Positions 28,590-38,703 of a DNA stretch of 64,000 nt are shown in pieces. The notes under the pieces are model-generated. The model was not told where the DNA came from, searched no databases, and saw only the letters and a program-made list of their open reading frames with translations. Location: IMG/VR virus record IMGVR_UViG_3300011115_000650. One strand, 5' to 3'. How positions within the stretch are numbered: position 1 is the stretch's first letter; every line of letters starts with the position of its first letter. The stretch comes from a virus. The translations under genes were made by a program, and so were the position numbers.

Positions 28590-29308
28590 ATTTTATAATT
28601 TTCTCCGTACTGTCTTAGCTGTAAATACAGTAACCCCAGTTCAGAATTATTGAAATAGTTATACATATTTGTCTCAGCTAGTCTACAAAACTCACTTACT
28701 CCTATATTAATTTTATTTTGTTTAAAGGTCTGAGAGTTTAGATGACATATAGTATTAGTGTCTGACACAGTGGTTTTAATATTATTCTGTTCTGTAATAC
28801 ACCCTGCGTAGAAATCTAACCCCCATCCATAGATCAACTCATCAGGGAAGTGTTGTATCTTTTCTAGAACATCTCTTCTTATTAACGGACATTGAAAATC
28901 AACCCACCTTACTTCACGCAAACCCTTCCCCCAGTTCCACATCTGCTTCCAATGACATTGTTCAACTGAAGCATTTATAACAGATGGTGAGTATACACCA
29001 GCATCTGCACGACGTGCTTCTTTTAAGGAGGTCGTAAGGAATGATGGTCCGTGAAAAATTAAATCGTTATTTAAAAAATATAGGTAGTCGTGATTTGTTG
29101 TAAGGAAATATTCTAACACAACATTAAATCCTCCACCAAAGTATATGTTATTATCTAACTGGTGTGTGGTTGACTTAGCTAAAGTTTCTTTGGATCCATT
29201 ATCGACAACCATTAATTCACATTGATTAAATAGTGTATCTTTTTTTAACTGGTCTACTAAATTATCTGTTAGATCTGGTAGATTGTGGTTTAGGGTTGCT
29301 ATTAACAT
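28586..29308 (-). CDS. GT2-like glycosyltransferase
   Basis: VVDNGS, FGGGFN, FLNNDL, GWGLD. Confidence 0.75.
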   Translation of the reverse strand: MLIATLNHNLPDLTDNLVDQLKKDTLFNQCELMVVDNGSKETLAKSTTHQLDNNIYFGGGFNVVLEYFLTTNHDYLYFLNNDLIFHGPSFLTTSLKEARRADAGVYSPSVINASVEQCHWKQMWNWGKGLREVRWVDFQCPLIRRDVLEKIQHFPDELIYGWGLDFYAGCITEQNNIKTTVSDTNTICHLNSQTFKQNKINIGVSEFCRLAETNMYNYFNNSELGLLYLQLRQYGENYKI

Positions 29309-29310
29309 GT

Positions 29311-30147
29311 TTAGGTATATGGTGGTGATAGTTGATCAAAAGTATAATTCGTTTTATGTAAATGTAGATATTCCTTATAAGATACTAAATTATTTTCATT
29401 TAACCAACTACTATTTAGTTCTGATATGCTTTGGCCGTTCATATCAATTCCATTTGATAAGTAAGGGTAGTAACCTAATCTAGAAACAACGAAGGGAAAT
29501 ACTCCTTCAAAATAGTACCTATCTAATTTAGAATTAAACCATACATCCGTGATAAGCTCTAGGAATTTTTTAACTACGATTCTTTTAACAGCATACAAGG
29601 TATGTATATAGAAAAAGTTAGCATGCGTATAAGGTAGTGCATCTGTTAGAGTATTTTGAAATAGCGGTATTTCAGTATCCTGTTCTTGATAGTTGTTATG
29701 TTTGTTATAAGCTATACCGAGCATTCCATATGATCCTATACCAGTATGCTTATGTAAAAAAGTTTCTACGTTTGACCTATCGGATAAAAAACTATTAATG
29801 TACCATTCCCGTAAATAGTCACTATGAGAATTTACACCACTTTTAGTATGTATAAACCAATAAGTATCGTAATCAGTATTAGATTGCTTAACTAATTTAA
29901 GAGCAAGTTGATACGCAGATGCATCACTAAGTGTGTATAAACTTTCGGATACTCTTGCTAATCCTTTTATATTTAGATTTGAATTATTTATAAGATCCTC
30001 TACAGCTTGTGTAGAATTTGGATTAATGCCTACGTAAATATCACAATCTGAGAAGTCTTTCTTAAACTCGTCTAAGAAGTTTTGTAATACGAATAACCTA
30101 TCATCCGATAAGATAGTGCAGGCGAATATAACACAGCTCTGTTTCAT
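29311..30147 (-). CDS. RgpF-like glycosyltransferase
   Basis: WFIHTKS...REW, RYYFE. Confidence 0.5.
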   Translation of the reverse strand: MKQSCVIFACTILSDDRLFVLQNFLDEFKKDFSDCDIYVGINPNSTQAVEDLINNSNLNIKGLARVSESLYTLSDASAYQLALKLVKQSNTDYDTYWFIHTKSGVNSHSDYLREWYINSFLSDRSNVETFLHKHTGIGSYGMLGIAYNKHNNYQEQDTEIPLFQNTLTDALPYTHANFFYIHTLYAVKRIVVKKFLELITDVWFNSKLDRYYFEGVFPFVVSRLGYYPYLSNGIDMNGQSISELNSSWLNENNLVSYKEYLHLHKTNYTFDQLSPPYT

Positions 30148-30148
30148 T

Positions 30149-30763
30149 TTACTTCTTTGTTATAAATGCTATTGGGGATACGTTACCTTGTTCAACATTC
30201 ACAGTTTTAATATTTTGAAGCAGGTAGTTAATTTCTTCCTGAGTCATGCAAGTGCTTATTAATTCTCCTGTGCTGTTGTAATGGTGTAGCATTTGTAGTG
30301 TGTCAGTATCACCTGGTCTGGTATAGGCAGGGTTGCCTGATGTATGTAAATCTTCTACTACAAATATTCCGCCAGATTTTAAATACTTAAACATAGTTCC
30401 TAGAGTAATTTGTTGCTGATGCATCATATGCCCTCCATCGTCAATAATGATATCGAATTCCTTGTAAGATTTTTCTATAATAGCCTCTAAATCAGCTCTG
30501 ATAGATTGATCGCCTAGTAAGATTGTAGTATCTTTGAGTTTAATATGTGTTAGGTCTAATATATCTACTCCAACTAGGTTACCTACGTTAAAATAGTCTC
30601 TCCACATTCTAATACTCTCTCCTTGCCATAGTCCTATTTCTAGAAAGTTCTCTAGACTATCTCTATACTTACTGAAGTACTTTTCATAGATCTCTAAATA
30701 GTTGTGGTAAACTGCTCCTTTGTCTGATTTATAGCCTAAGCTAATTTCTTCTAATGTTTTCAT
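30149..30763 (-). CDS. Sugar O-methyltransferase (MycE/TylE-like)
   Basis: SDK...HNY..IYE, LEIG...GES..MW, GDQS, FDIIIDDGGH, GGIFVVEDL. Confidence 0.75.
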   Translation of the reverse strand: MKTLEEISLGYKSDKGAVYHNYLEIYEKYFSKYRDSLENFLEIGLWQGESIRMWRDYFNVGNLVGVDILDLTHIKLKDTTILLGDQSIRADLEAIIEKSYKEFDIIIDDGGHMMHQQQITLGTMFKYLKSGGIFVVEDLHTSGNPAYTRPGDTDTLQMLHHYNSTGELISTCMTQEEINYLLQNIKTVNVEQGNVSPIAFITKK

Positions 30764-31545
30764 AAATTAAAGTTATAAATTGATTGTAAACCTATTCCTA
30801 GATATTGTTTAGATATTTTATCTGTAGTATAATTATAATGTTTATCAAAATCGTATTGATGTGTATAGTGGTAATTTTTAAATAAAGGGCCTTTTGGCAT
30901 TAGCCTAATTTCTTGAGTTGCTAACAACCACTCTCCATACCAGGTGAATTCAGATCCATTTACATTAATTAAGTCTACAAAAGTTAAGTTATTTGGAACT
31001 AGGTAGTTATCGTTAAGACTCTTCCAAACTTTACTTGACCACACTGTAGGACCTGGTCCAAAATCATATATTACTCCTTTCCTTCCAAATAGTTCCATTA
31101 TCTGCAATCTCTCTTTTGTGAATGATTCATAAGGATCAAACCCTAATGGATGTTTATCCATAAATTCAAAAAAGGACTTGTACTCATGACAGATTGTATA
31201 AGGAGTATCCTCATCAAACATAAAATCCGATATTGAGAACGGCTTAATAAAAAAGCAATCTGAATCGATACATAGGTAGTTTTCACATAAATCTAATTTC
31301 CAGAATTGACTCTTAACTATTTGCTGTCCTTTCCACCCTTGATTTGAGGTATCTATATCCTCATCTCTAAGTAACGTATAGTCTTTCTCTCCCAGTACTG
31401 TTCTAAATAATTCAAGATCTTTGGTAGGTACCGATATGTAGAAAGGAATCTGGTCTACGTTGTACCTGAGAATACTGTCTAGGAGCTGTTTTACCCTATC
31501 TACATCTTTGTCATAGGACTTGCAATAAAGTACTATCTTACTCAT
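30760..31545 (-). CDS. GT-A-fold nucleotide-sugar transferase-like (DUF6492-like)
   Basis: GWKGQQIVK, YLCIDSD (DxD), SEFTWYG. Confidence 0.55.
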   Translation of the reverse strand: MSKIVLYCKSYDKDVDRVKQLLDSILRYNVDQIPFYISVPTKDLELFRTVLGEKDYTLLRDEDIDTSNQGWKGQQIVKSQFWKLDLCENYLCIDSDCFFIKPFSISDFMFDEDTPYTICHEYKSFFEFMDKHPLGFDPYESFTKERLQIMELFGRKGVIYDFGPGPTVWSSKVWKSLNDNYLVPNNLTFVDLINVNGSEFTWYGEWLLATQEIRLMPKGPLFKNYHYTHQYDFDKHYNYTTDKISKQYLGIGLQSIYNFNL

Positions 31546-32170
31546 AGTATGTTATAATTTTGAATGATTCGACAAAACCTTTCCCTTTTTTCATACATTG
31601 AAAGTTTGTATGGAATCCATCTAGTACTTCACTATTAAAATAAGGTTTATCTATCTGTGATTTGAACCCCTGTAGCATACTCTTCTTCGTTTCGTAAACA
31701 TCGTCAAGAGATACGAATAAGTTTGGTTCCCAGGCATCTAATGTAGATGGCGATCTATATTGAATTATGCTGTAAGGAGTCGCTCTCGATAACGGGGCAG
31801 CTAATGAAGAAACCGACACATGTTCGTGGTGACTGTCAAACTCTGAGGTAATAAGTATACATTCATACTTATTTTTATAAGCGTAGGTGTCCTCAATGTA
31901 CTTTACCCACTCGTCAATGCCCCTAGTTCTAAATACAGGAACATCGCTAAAGTAGAGGCTGTAATTAGTTACTCCGCTTCTTGACCAAGCATCTTTAACT
32001 TCCTGATGACGTGCTTGACCTGTTGTAGTATCGCAGTAACCACCTTCTGTTAAACAAAGGATATCAAAATGTGTACCTGGGTGCTTTAGCACTGCACCTG
32101 CCATGCTATATTCGGCATCATCCGGGTGAGGAGCTAAACATAATGCTCTATTAAAATTTAAAAACTTCAT
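31538..32170 (-). CDS. PIG-L/LmbE-family N-deacetylase
   Basis: APHPDDAE, DSHHEH, FKSQ. Confidence 0.8.
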   Translation of the reverse strand: MKFLNFNRALCLAPHPDDAEYSMAGAVLKHPGTHFDILCLTEGGYCDTTTGQARHQEVKDAWSRSGVTNYSLYFSDVPVFRTRGIDEWVKYIEDTYAYKNKYECILITSEFDSHHEHVSVSSLAAPLSRATPYSIIQYRSPSTLDAWEPNLFVSLDDVYETKKSMLQGFKSQIDKPYFNSEVLDGFHTNFQCMKKGKGFVESFKIITYYE

Positions 32171-33018
32171 TATTTTCTTTTTAAGTTAAATAAAAATCCA
32201 TGTGGTGCAAATAACCTTATACCGTATCTTCTTAGAAAATCTCTAAAAGCATCTGAGACTGTATCGTGTTCTCCTGTATAGGTGATTTTTTCCACGTTAA
32301 TAGTTAGCTCATTTACTTTAATAAAAGGGTACTCCATTTCAAAGGTAAAATTCTCAACCTTGTAGTAAGAAATTAACTTTATAAATTCTTTTTTAATTGT
32401 ATCAAATATACTGTGTTTGTCTTCTAGGGAAGGTTCTTCAACCATTTTAACTAGCTTTGCAGGAGCACCGACATAGATGCCTTTAGGTGTTGTTAGAGAC
32501 TTAGTTACGGTAGCTTGAGCGCCAATGACTACATTATCTGTAATATCTACTCCACTCATAATAACTGTCTTCCATCCTACAATAACATTGTTACCTATTG
32601 TAACTCCTTGAAATAATCTAGGGTAACCTTCTAAGACGGATGCCCAAAAGCCATGTGTAATAATATCTACATCGTGAGATAGTCCTACATCGTCTCCAAT
32701 TGTGACTGGACAAGCTAGATTAATATGTCCTGTGTGACATACCACTCTATTACCTATTTTTAATTTAGCGTCAGGAAATCCTGCTGCTCCTCCTCCGATA
32801 AACATTCCTCTCGAGTCGGTCGGAACATTAAAGAAATAATCTCCGATAATAATCTCTTCAGCATTAGCTCTAAATCGATCTCCTACTACACTATTAGCTC
32901 CTATTTGAAACTTACCTCTAACTCTAATATCTATATCTCTACCGTATTTAAAATTATCTCCTAATATAATTTCACTACCTTCAATATGTACATTTTTTTC
33001 TTTATCTTCAAATACCAT
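32170..33018 (-). CDS. Hexapeptide-repeat (LbH) acyltransferase
   Basis: VTIGDDVGLS..V.IITH, VTIGNNVIVG, VVIGAQATVTKS, GAPAK. Confidence 0.85.
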   Translation of the reverse strand: MVFEDKEKNVHIEGSEIILGDNFKYGRDIDIRVRGKFQIGANSVVGDRFRANAEEIIIGDYFFNVPTDSRGMFIGGGAAGFPDAKLKIGNRVVCHTGHINLACPVTIGDDVGLSHDVDIITHGFWASVLEGYPRLFQGVTIGNNVIVGWKTVIMSGVDITDNVVIGAQATVTKSLTTPKGIYVGAPAKLVKMVEEPSLEDKHSIFDTIKKEFIKLISYYKVENFTFEMEYPFIKVNELTINVEKITYTGEHDTVSDAFRDFLRRYGIRLFAPHGFLFNLKRK

Positions 33019-33665
33019 TATATAATCCCTCCACTTATGTTAATATTCTGTCCAGTAATATACGAAGTTTTTATCAAATAATCAACTGTATTATAAAGCT
33101 CTTGAATACTTCCCCATCTTTTTGCTGGGATATTATTTTTGATAGTCTCTCTAAAAGACTCTGGAATTTTATAGGTCAGTCCTCCATCAAAGTATCCTAA
33201 CTGTAAACTATTACAAGTTACATTCTTTCCTATATTTTCTAATGCAACTGTTTTTGTAAAACTGTCTACAAATCCTTTACACCCTGAATATATACTTGTG
33301 CTTATAACTGGATGGTCTGCTAGTACTGATGAGAGTAATACAATTCTTCCATACTGTTTCTCTCTCATTTGAGGTAATGCACAAGAGGTTACGTTTATAG
33401 TTCCTTTGATATTAATATCAATTTGTTTTAGTACCTCAGAGTAACTATCTTCTGTATACTTATGTAAGAAACTATCGTAGTTATATCCACTTAAGTTAAT
33501 TAGTATATCAACTTCGTTCGTATTAAAAAATGACTGTACAGCAGCGTAATTAGTTACGTCTACATCTTTAGAACCTACTGCAATTATGCTATAGTGTTCT
33601 TTTAATAAGGGGACTAGTTGACTTCCTAACCCTCCTGTTCCTCCAAATAGTGTTATCGTTTTCAT
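33018..33665 (-). CDS. FabG-like short-chain dehydrogenase/reductase
   Basis: GGTGGLG, GRIVLLSS, YSGCK (YxxxK), IPAKRWG, YITGQNINISGG. Confidence 0.8.
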   Translation of the reverse strand: MKTITLFGGTGGLGSQLVPLLKEHYSIIAVGSKDVDVTNYAAVQSFFNTNEVDILINLSGYNYDSFLHKYTEDSYSEVLKQIDINIKGTINVTSCALPQMREKQYGRIVLLSSVLADHPVISTSIYSGCKGFVDSFTKTVALENIGKNVTCNSLQLGYFDGGLTYKIPESFRETIKNNIPAKRWGSIQELYNTVDYLIKTSYITGQNINISGGII

Positions 33666-34348
33666 TTTATTTCAATTTTGCTAGACCAGTTACTACTCTC
33701 CCTATTCATATGTTGTATGTAGTGCTTCTCATCTTCTGGAAGATTTTCTGGATCATAGTAGAAAGGAGCATGTTTTACTATGTAAGGAGTTCCTACTCTT
33801 AATGTATCGTTACTCCAATCTGGCATAGTACCCGGTGCATGAACTGCAAATGTGGTATCTATAGGATGTGGATATAACCATATATCTCCATCTAATATAC
33901 CATTTGTCCAGTAATCAGATTCGTATCCGTGCACCCATTTGTTAAGTGGGTAGTTTAGATCAATATCATCTATCCTGATTGACATGCCTACTTTAGACTT
34001 ACTGTACTTAGTAGCATAGTTAATTAAATCTCCAATAAAGTTATCAGGTACTTGTTCCTCAGGAATTATATCACTGTCATTAAACACATACCAGTTCGAT
34101 ATTAGTTTTATAAATTTTGGATGGCCTGCCTGTACTAGTTGCAAAAAAGCTTTACTACTATTCGGAACGATATCGTTAACAAAGACATCGACTCCTGATA
34201 TTTTATACCAGTCTAATAACGGCTGATATGTAGATTGATTATCTATGATTACTATGTTGGTATAACCTTTTTTCTGTAGAATCTTCACCTGTTCTACTAG
34301 TGGATGTAACCTATCTCTGTTTAAAATGACTATTGGTGTATGTTTCAT
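33662..34348 (-). CDS. GT2-like glycosyltransferase
   Basis: IVILNRDR, IIDNQST, FNDSD, IDTTFA. Confidence 0.65.
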   Translation of the reverse strand: MKHTPIVILNRDRLHPLVEQVKILQKKGYTNIVIIDNQSTYQPLLDWYKISGVDVFVNDIVPNSSKAFLQLVQAGHPKFIKLISNWYVFNDSDIIPEEQVPDNFIGDLINYATKYSKSKVGMSIRIDDIDLNYPLNKWVHGYESDYWTNGILDGDIWLYPHPIDTTFAVHAPGTMPDWSNDTLRVGTPYIVKHAPFYYDPENLPEDEKHYIQHMNRESSNWSSKIEIK

Positions 34349-34354
34349 ATTAAT

Positions 34355-35293
34355 TTATTTTTTCCATTTAATAAGACCAGCTCCCCAGGTCCATCCTGAT
34401 CCAATTGATGCTAGTAACACTGTATCTCCATCTACTACTTTTCCTGACTTAACTAATGTATCTAATGCAATTGGAATAGACGCGGCAGCTGTATTAGCAT
34501 ACTTATCCATAACTGTAATTACTTTCTCAAAAGGAAGTCCTACTTTATCCGCAACAACTTCTAACATTTTTATCCCCGGTTGATGTGGAACTAAAAAAGC
34601 TACTTTGTCAATTGGTATGTTATTTGTTTGGAGTATATCGTTAATTGCAATTGGTAGATTATTGGTACCTGTTTCAAAAACTGCTTTACCATTCATTTTA
34701 AACTTACCTCCTATAGGAGTAGTAAAGGCTTCTTTACCTCTTCCATCTGAATAGATCTTTGTAGTTATCCATCCTTCATCTGATTTAGATAATACAACTG
34801 CTCCAGCTCCGTCTCCAAAGTATACACAATCCCTACTCTCCTTATTTGTAATTTTAGAATACGTTTCAGAAGCTATGAGTAAGATATTTCTATATGCTCC
34901 AGCTTCTATGAGAGGAGTTGCTATATTTAATCCATATAAAAACCCTGAGCATACTGCATTAACATCGAAACTTGGACAGCTTACTTCTAACTTCTCTGCT
35001 ACAATACAAGCAGTCGATGGAGATATTCTATCTGGACTCGAAGTAGCTATTATCATAAGATCTATTTCATTCTTACCTAATCCTGAGTCTTCAATAGCTT
35101 TTAGAGCTGCTTTATAAGCTAAATCAGACGTTAGTTCGTTATTTGCTGACCATCTCCTCTCCTTTATTCCTAAATGATTTTCTGTCCACTTTGCATTCGC
35201 TCCATACCAAGTTTCTAACATTTCATTAGTTACAATTGCATCAGGCAGGTATGAACCAATTCCAGCAATATTTACGTTATATTTTTTACTCAT
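34355..35293 (-). CDS. fabH: 3-oxoacyl-ACP synthase III (KAS III)
   Basis: GSYLP, GIKERR, catalytic C (AVCSGF), FGDGAGA, H (VPHQ), N (ANTAAAS), G.GWTWG. Confidence 0.9.
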   Translation of the reverse strand: MSKKYNVNIAGIGSYLPDAIVTNEMLETWYGANAKWTENHLGIKERRWSANNELTSDLAYKAALKAIEDSGLGKNEIDLMIIATSSPDRISPSTACIVAEKLEVSCPSFDVNAVCSGFLYGLNIATPLIEAGAYRNILLIASETYSKITNKESRDCVYFGDGAGAVVLSKSDEGWITTKIYSDGRGKEAFTTPIGGKFKMNGKAVFETGTNNLPIAINDILQTNNIPIDKVAFLVPHQPGIKMLEVVADKVGLPFEKVITVMDKYANTAAASIPIALDTLVKSGKVVDGDTVLLASIGSGWTWGAGLIKWKK

Positions 35294-35294
35294 A

Positions 35295-36146
35295 TTAATA
35301 CTGTGCTATCATTCCGTATTCATCAAATATAGGCATTTTCCCCCATTTCTCCAACCATTTAGTAGTATTTTTTTCTTCTGCTTTTTTTTGTCTTTGAGAT
35401 GATTGACCTCCATTTTCTTCTAATCTATGAGAACCTCTTGCTCCAAAGTGCCATACTATAGAACTAAGTGGTAGTACAAACCTAACCCCATGCTGTAACA
35501 TTCTTAAAAATAAATCCATATCGTCCCAAGACGTCGGAGCAAATCTAGGATCGTTACCTCCTACTTCATTCCACACAGACTTTTTAACCAGTCCTGATAC
35601 TCCTTCTCCTTTTGGAATTTCAAAGTATTCATTTATCTCTTTAAATTCTTCGATCCAATTCTCAAATGCTTGAGCTAAAAAGCTATCATGATAACATCCG
35701 AAAATATCTTTGCTTACTATAGTGGTTCCCGGTCTCTGAGGAGATCCAAACATATCCGGTTCTATTCTATATGAATTAACCCATAACTTTTCTTCTGGAT
35801 ATGCTTGATGTATCTTTAGCAATTCAATATCCCAGTCCTTAGTGACATAAAAATCTGAATGAAGAAAATTAATATATTCGGTCTCTACTCTTTCAGCACA
35901 GAAATTCATTCCCCCTCCAATTCCTTTCGGTAAATCTGTATGAATATCTATATAATGTGTGATATTGTAGGCTTTTGCATTTTCTACTAACCATTCATTC
36001 GTACCATCAGTACAATTTTCAGCATGTATAATAAAAGAAGCGTCTTTAAAGTAGCTGTTCTTTCTTACCGACTCTACTGCTAATTTTAGATACGGTAGGT
36101 TATTATATGTTGATATACAATGTGTTACCGGGTTAGAAGGTACCAT
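35295..36146 (-). CDS. GT2-family glycosyltransferase
   Basis: ISTYN, CTDGT, HSD, WDDMD; paralogous to 26723. Confidence 0.8.
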   Translation of the reverse strand: MVPSNPVTHCISTYNNLPYLKLAVESVRKNSYFKDASFIIHAENCTDGTNEWLVENAKAYNITHYIDIHTDLPKGIGGGMNFCAERVETEYINFLHSDFYVTKDWDIELLKIHQAYPEEKLWVNSYRIEPDMFGSPQRPGTTIVSKDIFGCYHDSFLAQAFENWIEEFKEINEYFEIPKGEGVSGLVKKSVWNEVGGNDPRFAPTSWDDMDLFLRMLQHGVRFVLPLSSIVWHFGARGSHRLEENGGQSSQRQKKAEEKNTTKWLEKWGKMPIFDEYGMIAQY

Positions 36147-36768
36147 AATAGTTATTTTGTTTTTCTTGTCTTTGAATTGTCTTAGGATGAATTAAATCTA
36201 ATCCATGATAGGTTGGAAATACTTCTCCTAATAGTAACTCAGTAGATTGTAATCTCTCATGCACCCTACCATACCATTGAATATCTTTCCTATTCTTACA
36301 TAACCTGGTTTGATAGTCTGGATAGTTGATCCAGTTTTTATCGTTTAGATTCCATCCCCATTTCTTAATATGTTCATGAGTTATACCTTCTACTGTATTG
36401 ATTCTTGGTATCAAGAATACATCGTGGTTAGGATTAAGGTCTAAGATCTCAGGAAGATTCCCTAGTAAGTCTTTTCCTAAATACTCATCAGCATCTATGA
36501 AAAAGATATAATCCCTTGTACAATGATTCTTTAGATTGTTTTTAAATGTAGCAAAGTCTCCATTTAGTCCAAAGTATATTCTATGGTATTCGTATTTACT
36601 ACCTACGTTGTATTTAACCGCTACCTCTTTTACTTCTTCGGTAGCAGTATTATCTAATTGAACTACTATTTCATCTTCGGGTCTAATATGTTCGTTTAAT
36701 TGGTCTAGTAGCCGTTCTAGTTCTTGATGTTCATTACAGGCCGTAATTGCATAACTGATTGATGGCAT
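36133..36768 (-). CDS. GT2-family glycosyltransferase
   Basis: ISYAITACNE, FIDADE, PDYQ.R, VHE. Confidence 0.85.
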   Translation of the reverse strand: MPSISYAITACNEHQELERLLDQLNEHIRPEDEIVVQLDNTATEEVKEVAVKYNVGSKYEYHRIYFGLNGDFATFKNNLKNHCTRDYIFFIDADEYLGKDLLGNLPEILDLNPNHDVFLIPRINTVEGITHEHIKKWGWNLNDKNWINYPDYQTRLCKNRKDIQWYGRVHERLQSTELLLGEVFPTYHGLDLIHPKTIQRQEKQNNYYGTF

Positions 36769-36771
36769 AGA

Positions 36772-37236
36772 TTACTTCTTTTTAGATTCTTGTACGTCAA
36801 AAAATCCAATATAGCCTAGAGCTTCTATGAAATCTTTACCGAAGAACTTCATCGTCGAAGCATCTGATTTAAACTTGATGCCTTTATTGGCTAGTTGTTT
36901 CTTTTCTTCTGTGGTTAGTTTTCTAACCTGTATACCACACCACTCTACTAATCCTGATTGAGGACTGATGCCTAAAAAGACTGTACCCTTCTCAGGGAGG
37001 TTAATTGTGTTGGGGTACCAGATCCTCCCCTCTTCATCGATATGTTTGATGTCTTTGTATAACTCCGGTAGAGTTTCTTCGTAAGCCTCTATATCAAATT
37101 CGTCTACAGTCTGAGCATCAGTGGTTGAACACCCACAGCTAAAACAGTAGTAGCTGAATAAGGTTTCGTTGAGGGGGGACTTATAACAAGCATCCCCCTG
37201 GCATTTTGGACATAATATTAATGTATCTTTTTCCAT
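36772..37236 (-). CDS. Zn-ribbon hypothetical protein
   Basis: CPKC...CFSCG. Confidence 0.55.
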   Translation of the reverse strand: MEKDTLILCPKCQGDACYKSPLNETLFSYYCFSCGCSTTDAQTVDEFDIEAYEETLPELYKDIKHIDEEGRIWYPNTINLPEKGTVFLGISPQSGLVEWCGIQVRKLTTEEKKQLANKGIKFKSDASTMKFFGKDFIEALGYIGFFDVQESKKK

Positions 37237-37237
37237 G

Positions 37238-38545
37238 TTAATCTATCTTTTTCAATTTTGGTAGTTCGATCTTCTTTAGAGTCGGTAGTTTTAAGATTAC
37301 AGGTTTAGTAAACTTCTCTTCTACGATCTTACCCAATACTTCGGTCATAGCCTCTAGAGAGAATTCAGTCTTGGCTTTGTGTGCCTGTCTTTTACCTGAG
37401 GTCTCAAACTTCTTATAATCATCAAATACCGTCTTCCACATTCCTTTTAGTGCTATGTCATCGACTTGGAACCAACTCGACTCCTTAATCAACATATTCG
37501 GTACTACAGAAGAAGGATGTAGTGGGTGTAGCTGGCCAGGCAATAAAAAGCTAAATTGCGGATCAAGGAAATCCAGCTGACCAGACCACCCTGAAGCGAT
37601 GACCAATTTCTTAGATTGTGTAAATTCTAATAATGGTCTTCCGTATCCCTCTCCTTTTGTAATAGATACCATCGCTCTTACCTTTGGATGATTATATAAA
37701 TCATTCATATCCTTATCATCCACCTCTCCATGTAGTACGTAGATTGAAGGTAGATCACCTTTAATAGACTTCCTGATGATGTCTATCTTTCTTAGTATCT
37801 CATCTCGGTCCATTATCGAAGCACCTGCTTGAGAGGTCTTTAGTACTAATGCCGGTCTAGATTTCTTATTCTTATATGCTTCCAGGAATGATTTAATCAT
37901 ATAGCCTACATTCTTTCTATCATGACCAATCTCTCCTTGCATCCAATGCCCTACGAATAGAAAGCAGAAATCCTCTTTTATATTATCTAATGTATGGACT
38001 AATTCTGTCTTTTCCAACTTTTCTTGATAGAAATATTTTGTTACGTCTAATCCTTCAAACAATACTTCAACCGGTTTCTCTAACTTAACCTGCTTTATAG
38101 GCTGGCCGTTCTGGTCCTGGATTGTAAAGTTAGCTTCTTGGAATACTTTTTGGGCATGCTTAGAAGATACTAGGGTTAGATTCATTCTATTTATACCCTC
38201 CACCCATGATGGGTCACAGATCGTAGTCTCAATACCTGCTGTCAGGCCTAGATTAAAGGTCTTACCTACGGGTTGGAATTCATTAGGTACAGTAATCTGT
38301 ATCCAATACTCAGGCTGTTTAGGTAATTGGTTACCTTGTAGGATTAGAGGTTGCATCCATCCCCATTCCTCTTTATTCTTTTCTATAAAATTCCATGGAG
38401 TCGCTCCCCATCTCTGAGATAGTATCTTAATCTCCCATTCCTCTTTCTTTAATGTGTAGAGTGCTTTAATGAAATCTCTACTACGTGCACCATACCCAGA
38501 ATAAGTATCTGGGCAGGCTGATATAACGCATAACGGTTTGTTCAT
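37238..38545 (-). CDS. GT4-like (GT-B) glycosyltransferase
   Basis: SGYG, DRKN, GEGYGRPLLE, SGQLDF. Confidence 0.85.
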   Translation of the reverse strand: MNKPLCVISACPDTYSGYGARSRDFIKALYTLKKEEWEIKILSQRWGATPWNFIEKNKEEWGWMQPLILQGNQLPKQPEYWIQITVPNEFQPVGKTFNLGLTAGIETTICDPSWVEGINRMNLTLVSSKHAQKVFQEANFTIQDQNGQPIKQVKLEKPVEVLFEGLDVTKYFYQEKLEKTELVHTLDNIKEDFCFLFVGHWMQGEIGHDRKNVGYMIKSFLEAYKNKKSRPALVLKTSQAGASIMDRDEILRKIDIIRKSIKGDLPSIYVLHGEVDDKDMNDLYNHPKVRAMVSITKGEGYGRPLLEFTQSKKLVIASGWSGQLDFLDPQFSFLLPGQLHPLHPSSVVPNMLIKESSWFQVDDIALKGMWKTVFDDYKKFETSGKRQAHKAKTEFSLEAMTEVLGKIVEEKFTKPVILKLPTLKKIELPKLKKID

Positions 38546-38688
38546 ATTTTTAATGTTTTTACTTTTATTAGATTGATGAGTTCTTCAAAGGTACCTACAG
38601 TTTCAACCTCTTCATCTTTTATTTCAATACCGTACTTAGATTCAATAAGCTGTAGTATTTCAATTTTGTATACTATATTCTCTTCCAT
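38542..38688 (-). CDS. 48-aa acyl-carrier-protein-like mini protein lacking the DSL serine (not in track)
   Basis: MEENIVYKIEILQLIESKYGIEIKDEEVETVGTFEELINLIK aligns to ACP helices II-IV; its stop overlaps the next ATG (ATGA). Confidence 0.65.
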   Translation of the reverse strand: MEENIVYKIEILQLIESKYGIEIKDEEVETVGTFEELINLIKVKTLKI

Positions 38689-38703
38689 ACCTATAGTAAT
38701 TAC